From the sequence record PQ409239.1: DNA of 64,000 nucleotides. One strand, 5' to 3'. Numbering within the stretch: the stretch's first letter is position 1; every line of letters starts with the position of its first letter. The stretch is from Klebsiella phage vB_KpnP_PW7. Below are positions 18,207 through 27,408 of the stretch, in pieces. The notes beneath the pieces are model-generated. The model was given only the letters and a program-made list of their open reading frames with translations. It made no database searches and had not been told where the DNA came from. The translations under genes and the position numbers were made by a program.

Positions 18207-19457
18207 ATGCAGGGCATAAGCCCAAGAAGCAGGAGAAACAAAATGCAAACTTTTACTGGCCGTGAATACCTGAAAATTGATATTGCTAACAACTATGGCC
18301 TGGACAAGAAAGACTGGGATGAGCGTATTGCATGGTTCGACCGCAACGAGCACAACTTAGGTGCTCTGGTTAAAGAAGCAGATGAACCAGCACTGTTCTA
18401 TGCAGGTGTTAACGCATGGAAGGCTGTACAAGCTGGTGAGCCTATTGGCTATCCTATTGCACTGGATGCTACGTCATCTGGCTTACAGATTCTGGCATGT
18501 CTGACTGGTGACCGTCAGGCTGCTGAACTGTGCAACGTAGTGAATTACTACGAAGACGGTAAGCCTAAACGTCGTGACGGCTATACAGTCATCTATAAGG
18601 CTATGCTGGAAGTACTGGGTGAGTCCGGGCGTATTAAGCGTGACGACTGTAAGCAGGCAATCATGACTGCTCTGTATGGCTCAGAAGCAATGCCTAAACA
18701 GGTATTCGGTGAGGGTATCTTGCTCAAAGTGTTCGAGAACATTATGAGTGAGAAGGCACCAGCAGTATGGGAACTCAACAAGTTCTGGCTGCAATGTGGC
18801 AACCCTGAAGCTACTGAATACCACTGGGTATTGCCAGACGGCTTCAACGTACATATCAAAGTAATGGTACCAGAAGTACAGACAGTACATTTCCTGAATA
18901 AGCCTTACGACGTTGTTCGTATGGTTCAGGGAGTGGAAGAGAAGACACGTATGTTGTCTGCTAACACCACTCACAGTCTGGATGGCATGGTAGTACGTGA
19001 ACTGATTCGTCGTTGTAACTATGACCCAGAGCTGGTGAAGTATGTTAAGCAGCTGTGCTACGGTGTAAACGTAGACCAGGTAACTATAGAGGGCAATGCC
19101 GAGATGGTAGAGCAACTGTGGACTTACTATAAGGACACTGGCTACCTCTCTGCACGTATCTTTGACTACCTGGATGCAGGCACAATTCACTTAGTAGACC
19201 GTACAGCCATTATAGAACTGATTGAGTCACTGCCAGCTAAACCGTTTAAGGTTCTGTCTGTGCATGATTGCTTCCGTTGCCTGCCTCAGTATGGCAATGA
19301 CCTGCGTCGTCAGTACAACATTCAATTAGCTACTATTGCTAAGTCCGACCTGCTGTCATTCATCATGTCTCAAGTACTGGGTGAAAAGGTTACCATTGGT
19401 AAGCTGGACCCAGACCTGTGGAAAGACATTGGAGAAACAGAATATGCACTCTCATAA
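18207..19457 (+). CDS. Phage RNA polymerase II large subunit (T7-like single-subunit RNAP palm; N4 gp16-like).
   Basis: IALDATSSGLQILACLTGD matches T7 motif A (DGSCSGIQH); SVHDCF matches motif C (HDSFG). 416 aa against 404 aa for N4. Confidence 0.75.
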   Translation: MQGISPRSRRNKMQTFTGREYLKIDIANNYGLDKKDWDERIAWFDRNEHNLGALVKEADEPALFYAGVNAWKAVQAGEPIGYPIALDATSSGLQILACLTGDRQAAELCNVVNYYEDGKPKRRDGYTVIYKAMLEVLGESGRIKRDDCKQAIMTALYGSEAMPKQVFGEGILLKVFENIMSEKAPAVWELNKFWLQCGNPEATEYHWVLPDGFNVHIKVMVPEVQTVHFLNKPYDVVRMVQGVEEKTRMLSANTTHSLDGMVVRELIRRCNYDPELVKYVKQLCYGVNVDQVTIEGNAEMVEQLWTYYKDTGYLSARIFDYLDAGTIHLVDRTAIIELIESLPAKPFKVLSVHDCFRCLPQYGNDLRRQYNIQLATIAKSDLLSFIMSQVLGEKVTIGKLDPDLWKDIGETEYALS

Positions 19458-19605
19458 CTTACCAATCCCAAAACTATACGCATACATCAGAGGACAGTAT
19501 CGATTTAAAGCTCCTGGTGTATGCACTAGACTATGGACAGATGAAAATTGGATTGCCTTTATTGATTCATACAAAGGTTGGACTGTAAAAGTATGTTAAA
19601 ACTTA

Positions 19606-19636
19606 GCCACTCCTTCGGGAGTGGCTTATTTTTTTG
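19606..19636 (+). terminator. Intrinsic terminator.
   Basis: gccactcc-ttcg-ggagtggc followed by TTATTTTTTTG. Confidence 0.7.
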
Positions 19637-19653
19637 TTTGAATTCATAATAGC

Positions 19654-19669
19654 TAGGCAATATTGCCTA
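19654..19669 (+). promoter_or_regulatory. Perfect 16-bp palindrome, an operator-like site.
   Basis: taggcaat|attgccta, immediately 5' of the aagagga RBS of the Big_2 gene. Confidence 0.4.
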
Positions 19670-19682
19670 AGAGGATAGATAC

Positions 19683-20198
19683 ATGCCAACTTTATACGCT
19701 AGTTTAAAACAAGAAACCGGTGAAGTAGATGTTAAGTTTACCAATGCAGTAGGCGAGGGATTCGTTGCAATTGGTTCATTTGTTCACCCAGATGCAACCT
19801 ACCCAGATAGCTACGTTATTTATCACGGAGTACGTGACCTGCTTTATAAACGCAAAGCCTCTGACCCAAGTCAGGTAGGATTCTGGCCGGATAACATCAC
19901 GGATATGCAGAGCATTACCATTAAAGCAGAGGAACCAGTAGCGGTTACAGGTGTAACTCTTAATAAGAGCACCAGCACCGGCCAAGTTGGTGGAAACGAA
20001 ACGTTGGTTGTTACTGTAGCACCAACCGACGCTACTGATAAATCAGTAGTATGGAGCACCTCAGATGCTACTAAAGCCACGGTAGACCAAACCGGTAAAG
20101 TAGTACTGACCGGGGTAGGTACTGTAACCATCACTGCAACCACTAAAGATGGTGGCTACACAGCCAGCTGTGAGTACACAGTGACTGAAGCTGCATAA
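19683..20198 (+). CDS. Big_2 (bacterial Ig-like) domain protein, likely a capsid decoration or adhesin (N4 gp17-like position).
   Basis: VTGVTLNKSTSTGQVGGNETLVVTVAPTDATDKSVVWSTSDATKATVDQTGKVVLTGVGTVTITATT is a classic Big_2 repeat. Confidence 0.6.
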   Translation: MPTLYASLKQETGEVDVKFTNAVGEGFVAIGSFVHPDATYPDSYVIYHGVRDLLYKRKASDPSQVGFWPDNITDMQSITIKAEEPVAVTGVTLNKSTSTGQVGGNETLVVTVAPTDATDKSVVWSTSDATKATVDQTGKVVLTGVGTVTITATTKDGGYTASCEYTVTEAA

Positions 20199-20255
20199 GC
20201 TAGTTTTATAGTTTTCTTGGGGTTATTAACCTCGCCATAAACAATCCTTATCTTT

Positions 20256-20285
20256 TGCCCACCCTTGCGGTGGGCATTTTTTTGG
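20256..20285 (+). terminator. Intrinsic terminator.
   Basis: tgcccacc-cttgc-ggtgggca followed by TTTTTTTTT. Confidence 0.7.
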
Positions 20286-20336
20286 CTATTATGTAATTCT
20301 TTATATGACCATCCACCCTTAACTAAGTAGGTATAT

Positions 20337-20606
20337 ATGCGTAAGATTGCTTTAATCGGATGTGGTGCAGTAATTGGCCTGTTGGCTCTGACTGCCCACT
20401 ATGTAGTGGAACGTCTGTTCGGTTTCAACCTGCCGGACTTCACGGTATACATCGCTGCTGCGATTGCAGCCCCTGTATTCGGGGTAGTGCAATTTGACCA
20501 TAAGGCGTTTAGCCGAGCCTTCGCTGAAAAATCTAAGCTGGTCATCGACCGCCTAGGTTTTCGAACGTGTGGGGTCGGTTGTCTAAGCCGACCAGAATAC
20601 ATGTAA
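20337..20606 (+). CDS. Small membrane protein.
   Basis: 89 aa with two hydrophobic segments. Confidence 0.4.
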   Translation: MRKIALIGCGAVIGLLALTAHYVVERLFGFNLPDFTVYIAAAIAAPVFGVVQFDHKAFSRAFAEKSKLVIDRLGFRTCGVGCLSRPEYM

Positions 20607-20632
20607 ACAAACACTACATTCGCAAGTAAAAA

Positions 20633-20667
20633 ACCCCGCCATTGTGCGGGGTTTTTGTTTTTTTGGT
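20633..20667. terminator. Intrinsic terminator, bidirectional by sequence.
   Basis: AAAAAA accccgc-cattgt-gcggggt TTTTTGTTTTTTT. Confidence 0.7.
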
Positions 20668-20891
20668 TTTCATACTTTGGAGCAAAAACGTTGAAACTTA
20701 CTAATTCTCAATCTGTTTTTCTTAAAATGGTTAAGTCTGGTACTGCACCACGTGCACTGTCCAACAAAACAGCCCGTGCTCTTAACAAGATGGGTTTGAT
20801 TAAACCCAACGCTATGTACGGCTGGATTCTTACCACTGCTGGCTTACAAGCCCTCGGAGAGTTAAGCAATGCAGGAGAAAAACAGGCGTAA
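20655..20891 (+). CDS. Hypothetical. The likely start is the internal MVKSGTAPRAL.
   Basis: ORF upstream of, and overlapping, the HNH gene. Confidence 0.3.
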   Translation: MFFWFSYFGAKTLKLTNSQSVFLKMVKSGTAPRALSNKTARALNKMGLIKPNAMYGWILTTAGLQALGELSNAGEKQA

Positions 20892-21219
20892 GACCCTGAT
20901 AGATAGAATCCAGTCAAGAGTTAAGCTGCAAGACTTAGGGCATACCATCAATGGTCAACCCAGCCTGTGCCATATCTGGACTGGTTCTCATTCTGGAAAT
21001 GGTAGAGGTGGGCAATATGGTCGTATTTCCGTAAATGGAATTACTTCTGCTACCCACATCGTAGTGTTTACCCACTATCACGGTTATATACCGTGCAGGA
21101 TGCAGGTAGACCACCTGTGTAATAACCGACTGTGCTGTAACCCTGAACATCTGGAATTGGTAACTCACCAGGAGAACCAGAAGAGAAGGGCTGCACGTAA
21201 GAAAGGAACCAAGAAATGA
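20869..21219 (+). CDS. HNH homing-type endonuclease.
   Basis: VDHLCNNRLCCNPEHLELVTHQENQ is an HNH_3 motif. Confidence 0.75.
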   Translation: MQEKNRRKTLIDRIQSRVKLQDLGHTINGQPSLCHIWTGSHSGNGRGGQYGRISVNGITSATHIVVFTHYHGYIPCRMQVDHLCNNRLCCNPEHLELVTHQENQKRRAARKKGTKK

Positions 21220-21455
21220 TAACTCCTGACCAGAGTGCTATGGTTATGGACGACTTAGACGTACAGTATTTTATTCATGGTTATCACGACAATGTTCAAA
21301 TTAACTGCCAAACTTTGGCAGAAAAAACCAATGCACTAATAAGGTGTGATAGGAAACTGCAACAATTTGAGCAACATAATTGGAATATGTCGTCTACTCA
21401 CAGAAGAGATAGCATACACCTAAAACTACTCAAATTGTGGGGAACCAGAAAATGA
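21216..21455 (+). CDS. Hypothetical.
   Basis: 79-aa ORF. Confidence 0.3.
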   Translation: MITPDQSAMVMDDLDVQYFIHGYHDNVQINCQTLAEKTNALIRCDRKLQQFEQHNWNMSSTHRRDSIHLKLLKLWGTRK

Positions 21456-21643
21456 AAGAAGATTGCTTTTTTGCATTCGTGGCTGGTGGTGTCATTGGTG
21501 TGATAGTCATGGGTTTACTCATGTCCCATGTTGGACCTAACTCCAAAGCCAAAGTTGATGCTCGTAAAGCTGAATGTGAGCTTAATATTCCACGTAACCA
21601 AAACTGCGTAATGCAGTTTGTACCAGAAAAGGTAAAACAATGA
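21437..21643 (+). CDS. Small membrane protein.
   Basis: AFVAGGVIGVIVMGLLM. Confidence 0.35.
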   Translation: MGNQKMKEDCFFAFVAGGVIGVIVMGLLMSHVGPNSKAKVDARKAECELNIPRNQNCVMQFVPEKVKQ

Positions 21644-21825
21644 AATTATTTTTAGCACTCTTTTCAATGCTCGTCATTTCACTCGCCGGTTTGTCTTGGG
21701 TTTTCAGTGAACCTCAAAACATCATGCAGCAAATCTATTTTGCTGTTAAGTGCTCAACTACCATGATTTGGATGTATACCATCCATTCCATCTGGATTCG
21801 TTATACGAATAGTAAAGGCAAATAA
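21640..21825 (+). CDS. Small membrane protein.
   Basis: MKLFLALFSMLVISLAGLSWVF. Confidence 0.35.
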   Translation: MKLFLALFSMLVISLAGLSWVFSEPQNIMQQIYFAVKCSTTMIWMYTIHSIWIRYTNSKGK

Positions 21826-22185
21826 ATGAAAAAGTTAGCTATTGCATCAGCAATCTTGCTTGGTTCATTGGTTGGTTTTGTAGAAGCTAAACCTATGATT
21901 TGCACCATGAACACCGAAGGGCTCAAGAACAATTATGTCGATGAGCCGGTAACCATTATTGACAATGGTAGTAACTGGGAAGCTTACTTCTCAGATGGTG
22001 AACACATGGTGACTACACCCAAGCCAATGCTACCTGGTAAGAAAGATACCACTAACCTGTATTCCCGCACTGAGTCTGAATTATTCAGCAAAGGCCGGGG
22101 TAAATTCAAAGGTTATTACGGTATTCGTTTCTTTGGGGACGATAAAAAAGTAGTAACTATCAAGTGCCCAACTGAAGTTATCTAA
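21826..22185 (+). CDS. Secreted or periplasmic protein with a signal peptide.
   Basis: MKKLAIASAILLGSLVGFVEA is a Sec-type signal. Confidence 0.45.
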   Translation: MKKLAIASAILLGSLVGFVEAKPMICTMNTEGLKNNYVDEPVTIIDNGSNWEAYFSDGEHMVTTPKPMLPGKKDTTNLYSRTESELFSKGRGKFKGYYGIRFFGDDKKVVTIKCPTEVI

Positions 22186-22210
22186 ACAAACAGAAACAGG
22201 AGAAGCAATT

Positions 22211-22564
22211 ATGAGTCACGCAGATAAACGTACTCCAGTAACAGATGCCCTGGAAACCCTCGGTATGATTCACTTCAAGCCAGAAAAGCGTGATGCTATT
22301 CATCTGGCAGTAGAACCAGTGGTGGCCGCTTCTGATTTATTCATTGGTGAGCGTATTGGTATCGTCAACGGTAAGGCTTATCGTACAGGCACCAAAATGT
22401 ACACCAACGGTGTGGAATCCTATGTACCGTATCACGGCATCGTTGACCCGTTTCTGTCACGTGGCCCGAAGGTAGGTGATTCCTTCTGGTTCGTCATGGC
22501 TCCTCGTATGGTTCAGTCCCTGCGTCATGTGTGGGAACACCCAGACTTCCCGGCAGGTGAATAA
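22211..22564 (+). CDS. Hypothetical.
   Basis: 117-aa ORF. Confidence 0.4.
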   Translation: MSHADKRTPVTDALETLGMIHFKPEKRDAIHLAVEPVVAASDLFIGERIGIVNGKAYRTGTKMYTNGVESYVPYHGIVDPFLSRGPKVGDSFWFVMAPRMVQSLRHVWEHPDFPAGE

Positions 22565-22911
22565 TGGAGCGTTACTCACCAGATAGCACCCATGATGCAT
22601 TAGTCATTATGGGTAACCCAAGAGCACTCGCTTATCAGTGGATTGTTGAATACGCCAAGTATATCTCCCCGGAAAAGCGAACTGATGATGACGATGATGG
22701 CGGTTATTACGACACCTCTCCTGTAAGTGCAGAGGAACTCATCGAAGCTGCTCTTAGCCACCAAGATGGTGGTTGGGGCGACTATATCTGTCGTGGTGGA
22801 GAATATGAAGGCTTTCAGCTTGACTCCACTTTCTGGGATAAGTTCGCCATTGTCATGGGTATTGAACGTGAATCTGTAGAAGAACGCAGTTTCTTCACCT
22901 GTTCCTGTTAA
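22564..22911 (+). CDS. Acidic hypothetical protein.
   Basis: 115 aa with a DDDDDGGYYD stretch. Confidence 0.4.
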   Translation: MERYSPDSTHDALVIMGNPRALAYQWIVEYAKYISPEKRTDDDDDGGYYDTSPVSAEELIEAALSHQDGGWGDYICRGGEYEGFQLDSTFWDKFAIVMGIERESVEERSFFTCSC

Positions 22912-22921
22912 GGGGTTTTAG

Positions 22922-23974
22922 ATGTCTATTGAATCATTAGCCCGTTCTACACCTCGACAAACACGTCGTATTGTGGAACGTTGCATCCGTTCTGAAGTTG
23001 TCCCATATATCACCAGCTCGCCTGGTATGGGTAAATCCTCTATCGTTAAGCAGATTGCTGAGGACTATGGCCTTATCCTTATTGACCACCGTCTATCCAC
23101 ATCTGCACCGGAAGACTTATCTGGCCTTCCTCGTTTCCGTGAAGACGGACGAGCAGAGTTTGCCCCGTTTGCGGACCTGTTCCCGTTAGAAGGGGACAAA
23201 ATACCAGAAGGCTACAACGGCTGGTTGCTGCTGCTGGACGAGTTCCCTTCAGCAAGTAAGTCAGTACAGGCTGCTGCCTATAAACTGATTCTGGACCGTA
23301 TGACTGGTCAGAAAAAGCTGCATCCTAACGTAGCTATCGTGTGTGCGGGTAACTTACAGTCTGACCGTGCCATCGTTAACCCAATCGGTACAGCTCTGCA
23401 ATCTCGTATGGTTCATATCGAGATGATGGTTGACTTCGATGAGTGGTTGGAAGACGTAGCAATCCCTGAGAAATGGGATGACCGTCTGATTGCTTACTTG
23501 TCAGCAAATCGCAGCCATTTGATGGACTTTGACCCGAACCACGAAAACAAAACGTTCTGCTGTCCTCGTACTTGGGGCTTCGTTAACTCTCTGCTGAAGA
23601 CCGGTTATAAAGGCCCAATCCCGGCAGAGGACACGCCAATGTATGGTGGAGCTATTACTACGGGTGTAGCGACGTCATTCGTTCAGTTCACTGCTGTCTA
23701 TAAAGAGATGGTATCTCTTAAAGATATTCTCCATGACCCAATGGAAGCAAAGCTGCCTACTAAGCCAGACCTTTGCTGGGCTACCATTACCAGTCTGTGT
23801 ACTCAGATTGATAAAGGTAACTACGTAGAAATCTTTAAGTATATCAGCCGCTTTAAAGAGGTTACTTTCAAGATTCTCTTCTACCGTACTGTTATCAAGA
23901 CGCTGCCTGAGATTGATGATACTCAGGAGTATCGTGATGCAGCCATTCAGTTGGGCAAATACATTCATAGCTAA
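22922..23974 (+). CDS. MoxR-type AAA ATPase (N4 gp24-like).
   Basis: Walker A ITSSPGMGKSSIV; Walker B LLLLDEF. Confidence 0.7.
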   Translation: MSIESLARSTPRQTRRIVERCIRSEVVPYITSSPGMGKSSIVKQIAEDYGLILIDHRLSTSAPEDLSGLPRFREDGRAEFAPFADLFPLEGDKIPEGYNGWLLLLDEFPSASKSVQAAAYKLILDRMTGQKKLHPNVAIVCAGNLQSDRAIVNPIGTALQSRMVHIEMMVDFDEWLEDVAIPEKWDDRLIAYLSANRSHLMDFDPNHENKTFCCPRTWGFVNSLLKTGYKGPIPAEDTPMYGGAITTGVATSFVQFTAVYKEMVSLKDILHDPMEAKLPTKPDLCWATITSLCTQIDKGNYVEIFKYISRFKEVTFKILFYRTVIKTLPEIDDTQEYRDAAIQLGKYIHS

Positions 23975-23984
23975 GAGGTGACCC

Positions 23985-25136
23985 ATGTCGCAAGACCTTC
24001 AAAGGGAGTACGACAAAACTCAGGTTAACGCCTTCATTGGTAGTACTGCTGCTTTCTTTGGGGCTATCCTCTGCACTTTGAAAATGCGTTGGGATAGCAA
24101 TATCCCAACTGCTGCTACTGATGGAGAAACCTTATTCTGGAATCCGGATTGGTTCCTTCAACTGCCGGTTAACACCAGAAAAACTGTGCTTATGCATGAA
24201 CTATGGCACGTAGCATTGCTTCACGGGCCTCGTCTGGGTAGTCGTGACCCTGAAGTATGGAACCAGGCATGTGATATCTACATCAATAACATGCTTTCTG
24301 GGCCAGAATATAAACGAGATAAATACTCGTTTGACGGTACCAAACCCTGGATTGACCCGGACTATGATGGGTGGGTTGAAGAAGATATTTACGACGACCT
24401 GGTTAAGAACCCACAAAAGCAACCTAAAGGTAGCGGTGGTGGTGCATTTGGTCCGGGTGATTGTGGAGACATGCTCAAGCCCGCTTCGGCTGCTGTCAAC
24501 GCAAATGTCGTCAACAACGTAGTTCGTGCAATGCACCAACAGAAGTTGTCAGGTGGAGCTGAACCAGGAAAAATGCCTGGTCGTACTGAAGAGGTAATTA
24601 CCCAGTTCCTCAAACCAGTGGTTAAGTGGGAAGCTTTATTAGAACGCTTCTTCACTGAATTACTGGATGAGGATTATACCTGGGCAAGACCTAACAGACG
24701 TTACCAGGATATCTACCTCCCATCTCGTTTTACTGATGATGGGCGTTTAGAGCATCTGGCTTATTTCCAGGATGTATCCGGTTCAATTCAAACCAAGGAT
24801 TCTTTGCGTTTTAACTCAGAACTTGCGTATGTATGGCGTAAGTATGCCCCAGAGAAAATGTCAATTATCCAGTTTGATACCGTCATTCAACAGACTGACG
24901 AGCTTAGAGAAGGTGATACATTCACTGAAATTAAGATTGTTGGTCGGGGTGGTACTGACCTAAGAGAAGTACGCGAGTGGATTATTAAGCATAAACCCAC
25001 GGCTGCTATTATCTTCTCTGACCTGGAAGTAGCACCTATGGAAGAGCTACCATTCGATATTCCCATTATTTGGGTATGTATCCGTAATCCGAGGGCTACT
25101 GTCCCGTTTGGTAAGCTGATTCATATCAACAACTGA
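23985..25136 (+). CDS. VWA-domain protein with an N-terminal HExxH metallopeptidase-like motif (DUF2201-like; N4 gp25-like).
   Basis: VLMHELWHVALLHGPR (HExxH). Paired with the upstream MoxR ATPase. Confidence 0.5.
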   Translation: MSQDLQREYDKTQVNAFIGSTAAFFGAILCTLKMRWDSNIPTAATDGETLFWNPDWFLQLPVNTRKTVLMHELWHVALLHGPRLGSRDPEVWNQACDIYINNMLSGPEYKRDKYSFDGTKPWIDPDYDGWVEEDIYDDLVKNPQKQPKGSGGGAFGPGDCGDMLKPASAAVNANVVNNVVRAMHQQKLSGGAEPGKMPGRTEEVITQFLKPVVKWEALLERFFTELLDEDYTWARPNRRYQDIYLPSRFTDDGRLEHLAYFQDVSGSIQTKDSLRFNSELAYVWRKYAPEKMSIIQFDTVIQQTDELREGDTFTEIKIVGRGGTDLREVREWIIKHKPTAAIIFSDLEVAPMEELPFDIPIIWVCIRNPRATVPFGKLIHINN

Positions 25137-25143
25137 GGAATTT

Positions 25144-25671
25144 ATGGTACGTAATTCTGGTAAACTGCTGTTTACTGAGATTGGCAAACCAATCGCAGAT
25201 ATGCACGCAGGTAAAAATGTGAACCCTGGTTCTGATACAACCTTTGGTTTAGGCGAAGCTGGCTATGACATCCGTATTAAACAGGATGTGACCTTCTATC
25301 GCTTATTCGGGTTGATACCAATGGTAAAAATCGTTGATGGGTCTTATGTAAGGCACCATTTTGGAAAGTTTGCCTTGGCTTCAGCAATAGAAAGGTTTGA
25401 CATGTCTGATGACCTGGTTGGAATTGTCCATGACAAATCCACCTGGGCAAGACGTGCATTATCAGTGTTCAATACTGTGATAGAACCCGGATGGCAAGGG
25501 TATCTTACCCTTGAACTGGTCTACCACGGACGTAAGAAGTTACATATCCCGGCTGGTTCTGGTATTGCTCAGGTAATCTTTCATGAAACAGCTATGAGAG
25601 CTACCTATCGTGGGCGTTATCAGAACCAAGCCAATCAACCAGTAGCTGCTAAGTCAGCAAATAAGGAATAA
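25144..25671 (+). CDS. dcd: dCTP deaminase.
   Basis: GYDIRI and LELVYHGRKKLHIPAGSGIAQVIF ... RGRYQNQ resemble Dcd. Confidence 0.6.
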   Translation: MVRNSGKLLFTEIGKPIADMHAGKNVNPGSDTTFGLGEAGYDIRIKQDVTFYRLFGLIPMVKIVDGSYVRHHFGKFALASAIERFDMSDDLVGIVHDKSTWARRALSVFNTVIEPGWQGYLTLELVYHGRKKLHIPAGSGIAQVIFHETAMRATYRGRYQNQANQPVAAKSANKE

Positions 25672-25673
25672 CC

Positions 25674-25889
25674 ATGTCTGTATTTCAAGTAACCCGTCTG
25701 GATAACAATGTTCGACTGACCATCAATGCTGCTAATGTTGCATCTGTGGCAGAAGTAGATGATGGCAATCGTGCCCAGATTACTTTCATCAGTAACGAAC
25801 ACTTTACCACTGAAGAAAGCTATCGTTCTGTACGTGGCTATCTGAAGAAAGCACTGGCTCAGGCATCGTCTACTGACGATAAAGAGTAA
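25674..25889 (+). CDS. Hypothetical.
   Basis: 71-aa ORF. Confidence 0.35.
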   Translation: MSVFQVTRLDNNVRLTINAANVASVAEVDDGNRAQITFISNEHFTTEESYRSVRGYLKKALAQASSTDDKE

Positions 25890-25964
25890 GTCCCTTATGC
25901 AGTCTACGCAACGTTGTAGGCTGCATTATGGAGGTTACTCCAACATTGCTTAGTCTCTTATCCA

Positions 25965-25991
25965 AGCCCACTTAACCGTGGGCTTTTTTAT
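25965..25991 (+). terminator. Intrinsic terminator.
   Basis: agcccac-ttaacc-gtgggct followed by TTTTTTATTT. Confidence 0.65.
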
Positions 25992-26393
25992 TTGGAGTAA
26001 CTGTATGACTTCACTAAAAGACCTTGCCACTTACGACCTAAACAAGCTGGAGGCACTCTGGTCTGCTAGAATGTCTGGCAAAAGTACTTTAGTTGCTATA
26101 TATGACTCCCTTGCTGAATTGAGGGTGGATTCTCGTTCACCATTAGAAGCTAAGGTGGATGATATAATCAAAACATACTGGTCTTCAGAAGGGAGTAAAG
26201 CATTCCGTGCTACTTTAGCTGCCCAAAAGTTAAATCCTCGTACTAAGGACATATTCAGAAGTACAAGTACTCCTCATACGTTTCCTTGGTACCACAGAAA
26301 GCGTAAGTACTGATGAATAGAATCCCGTTTTTTAAACCCCGTAAGAAAAAGAAACAGAACCTGTTTCATAAGCAACAAACAAAGGATACCCCG

Positions 26394-27335
26394 ATGATTA
26401 CAGCTACTATCCTTGCTGATAGCGTCTCTCCGCAAGGTGTTCGACTAACTACTATGGAGTTGGTCTATCCTCGTTTTATTCATAGCGAGTTCATGACGCA
26501 TCGTGTGTTTAATCGTAATGCTTCCAGTAGTCGTGCTATTCCTACTACCCGATTCATTGAACAGGTACGTAGCAACCCAGTACGCCCTATTCACTGGGGC
26601 GAGAACCAGAAAGGAATGTCTGCTGAGAAGGAACTGAGTGAAGACGACAAGGTAGTAGCGGAAGTCATGTGGAACAGTGCTGCTGCTAGTGCTGCATTGT
26701 ACGCTGATGAGCTACGCCGTATGCGTGTTCATAAGCAGGTAGTCAATCGTATACTTGAGCCGTTTATGCACATCAAGGTGGTTGTGACTGCTACTCAGTG
26801 GAACAACTTCTTTGGTCTTCGCATTCATCCAGATGCCCAGCCTGAGATTCAGGAACTGGCTCGTAAGATGAAAGAAGCCTACGACAATTCCACAACTATG
26901 GAATTAAAACCAGGAGATTGGCACTTACCTTATGTATCCTCTCATGATACTGCTGCTGCTTACAATTATTGCAAATATCAACGAGTTACTCGTGATGAAC
27001 CAAGTGCTGAAGAAGTTATTGGGTTACTGATTAAAATCAGTGCTGCTCGTTGTGCCCGTGCTTCTTACAATAACTTTGAAGGCAAGCCTTCAAGTATTGA
27101 AGAAGACCTGGGACTGTACGCCAAGTTGGTAGAAGACCAACCTATACATGCAAGCCCTACTGAGCACCAGGCTACCCCAATGAATAGAACTCATCCAAAT
27201 GAGAACAGACCGTTGGAACCATGGACTTGGGAACAAGGTATCACCCATATGACGAAGGAACGTAAATTGTACTCTGGTCCACTGCAAGGTTGGATTCAGT
27301 ATCGTAAGCTGATTCCTGGCGAATGCATTAACTGA
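26394..27335 (+). CDS. thyX: Flavin-dependent thymidylate synthase ThyX. Start adjusted to MITATIL.
   Basis: FMTHRVFNRNASSSRAIP (a ThyX RHR ... S-type motif); aagga RBS before the ATG at 26394. Confidence 0.75.
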   Translation: MITATILADSVSPQGVRLTTMELVYPRFIHSEFMTHRVFNRNASSSRAIPTTRFIEQVRSNPVRPIHWGENQKGMSAEKELSEDDKVVAEVMWNSAAASAALYADELRRMRVHKQVVNRILEPFMHIKVVVTATQWNNFFGLRIHPDAQPEIQELARKMKEAYDNSTTMELKPGDWHLPYVSSHDTAAAYNYCKYQRVTRDEPSAEEVIGLLIKISAARCARASYNNFEGKPSSIEEDLGLYAKLVEDQPIHASPTEHQATPMNRTHPNENRPLEPWTWEQGITHMTKERKLYSGPLQGWIQYRKLIPGECIN

Positions 27336-27382
27336 ACCATTTCTTTGTTTGGTTGGGCATAGACTCAATATACTCCGCTATT

Positions 27383-27408
27383 GACCCACTTAGGTGGGTC
27401 TTTTTTTG
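27383..27408 (+). terminator. Intrinsic terminator.
   Basis: gacccac-ttag-gtgggtc followed by TTTTTTT. Confidence 0.7.
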
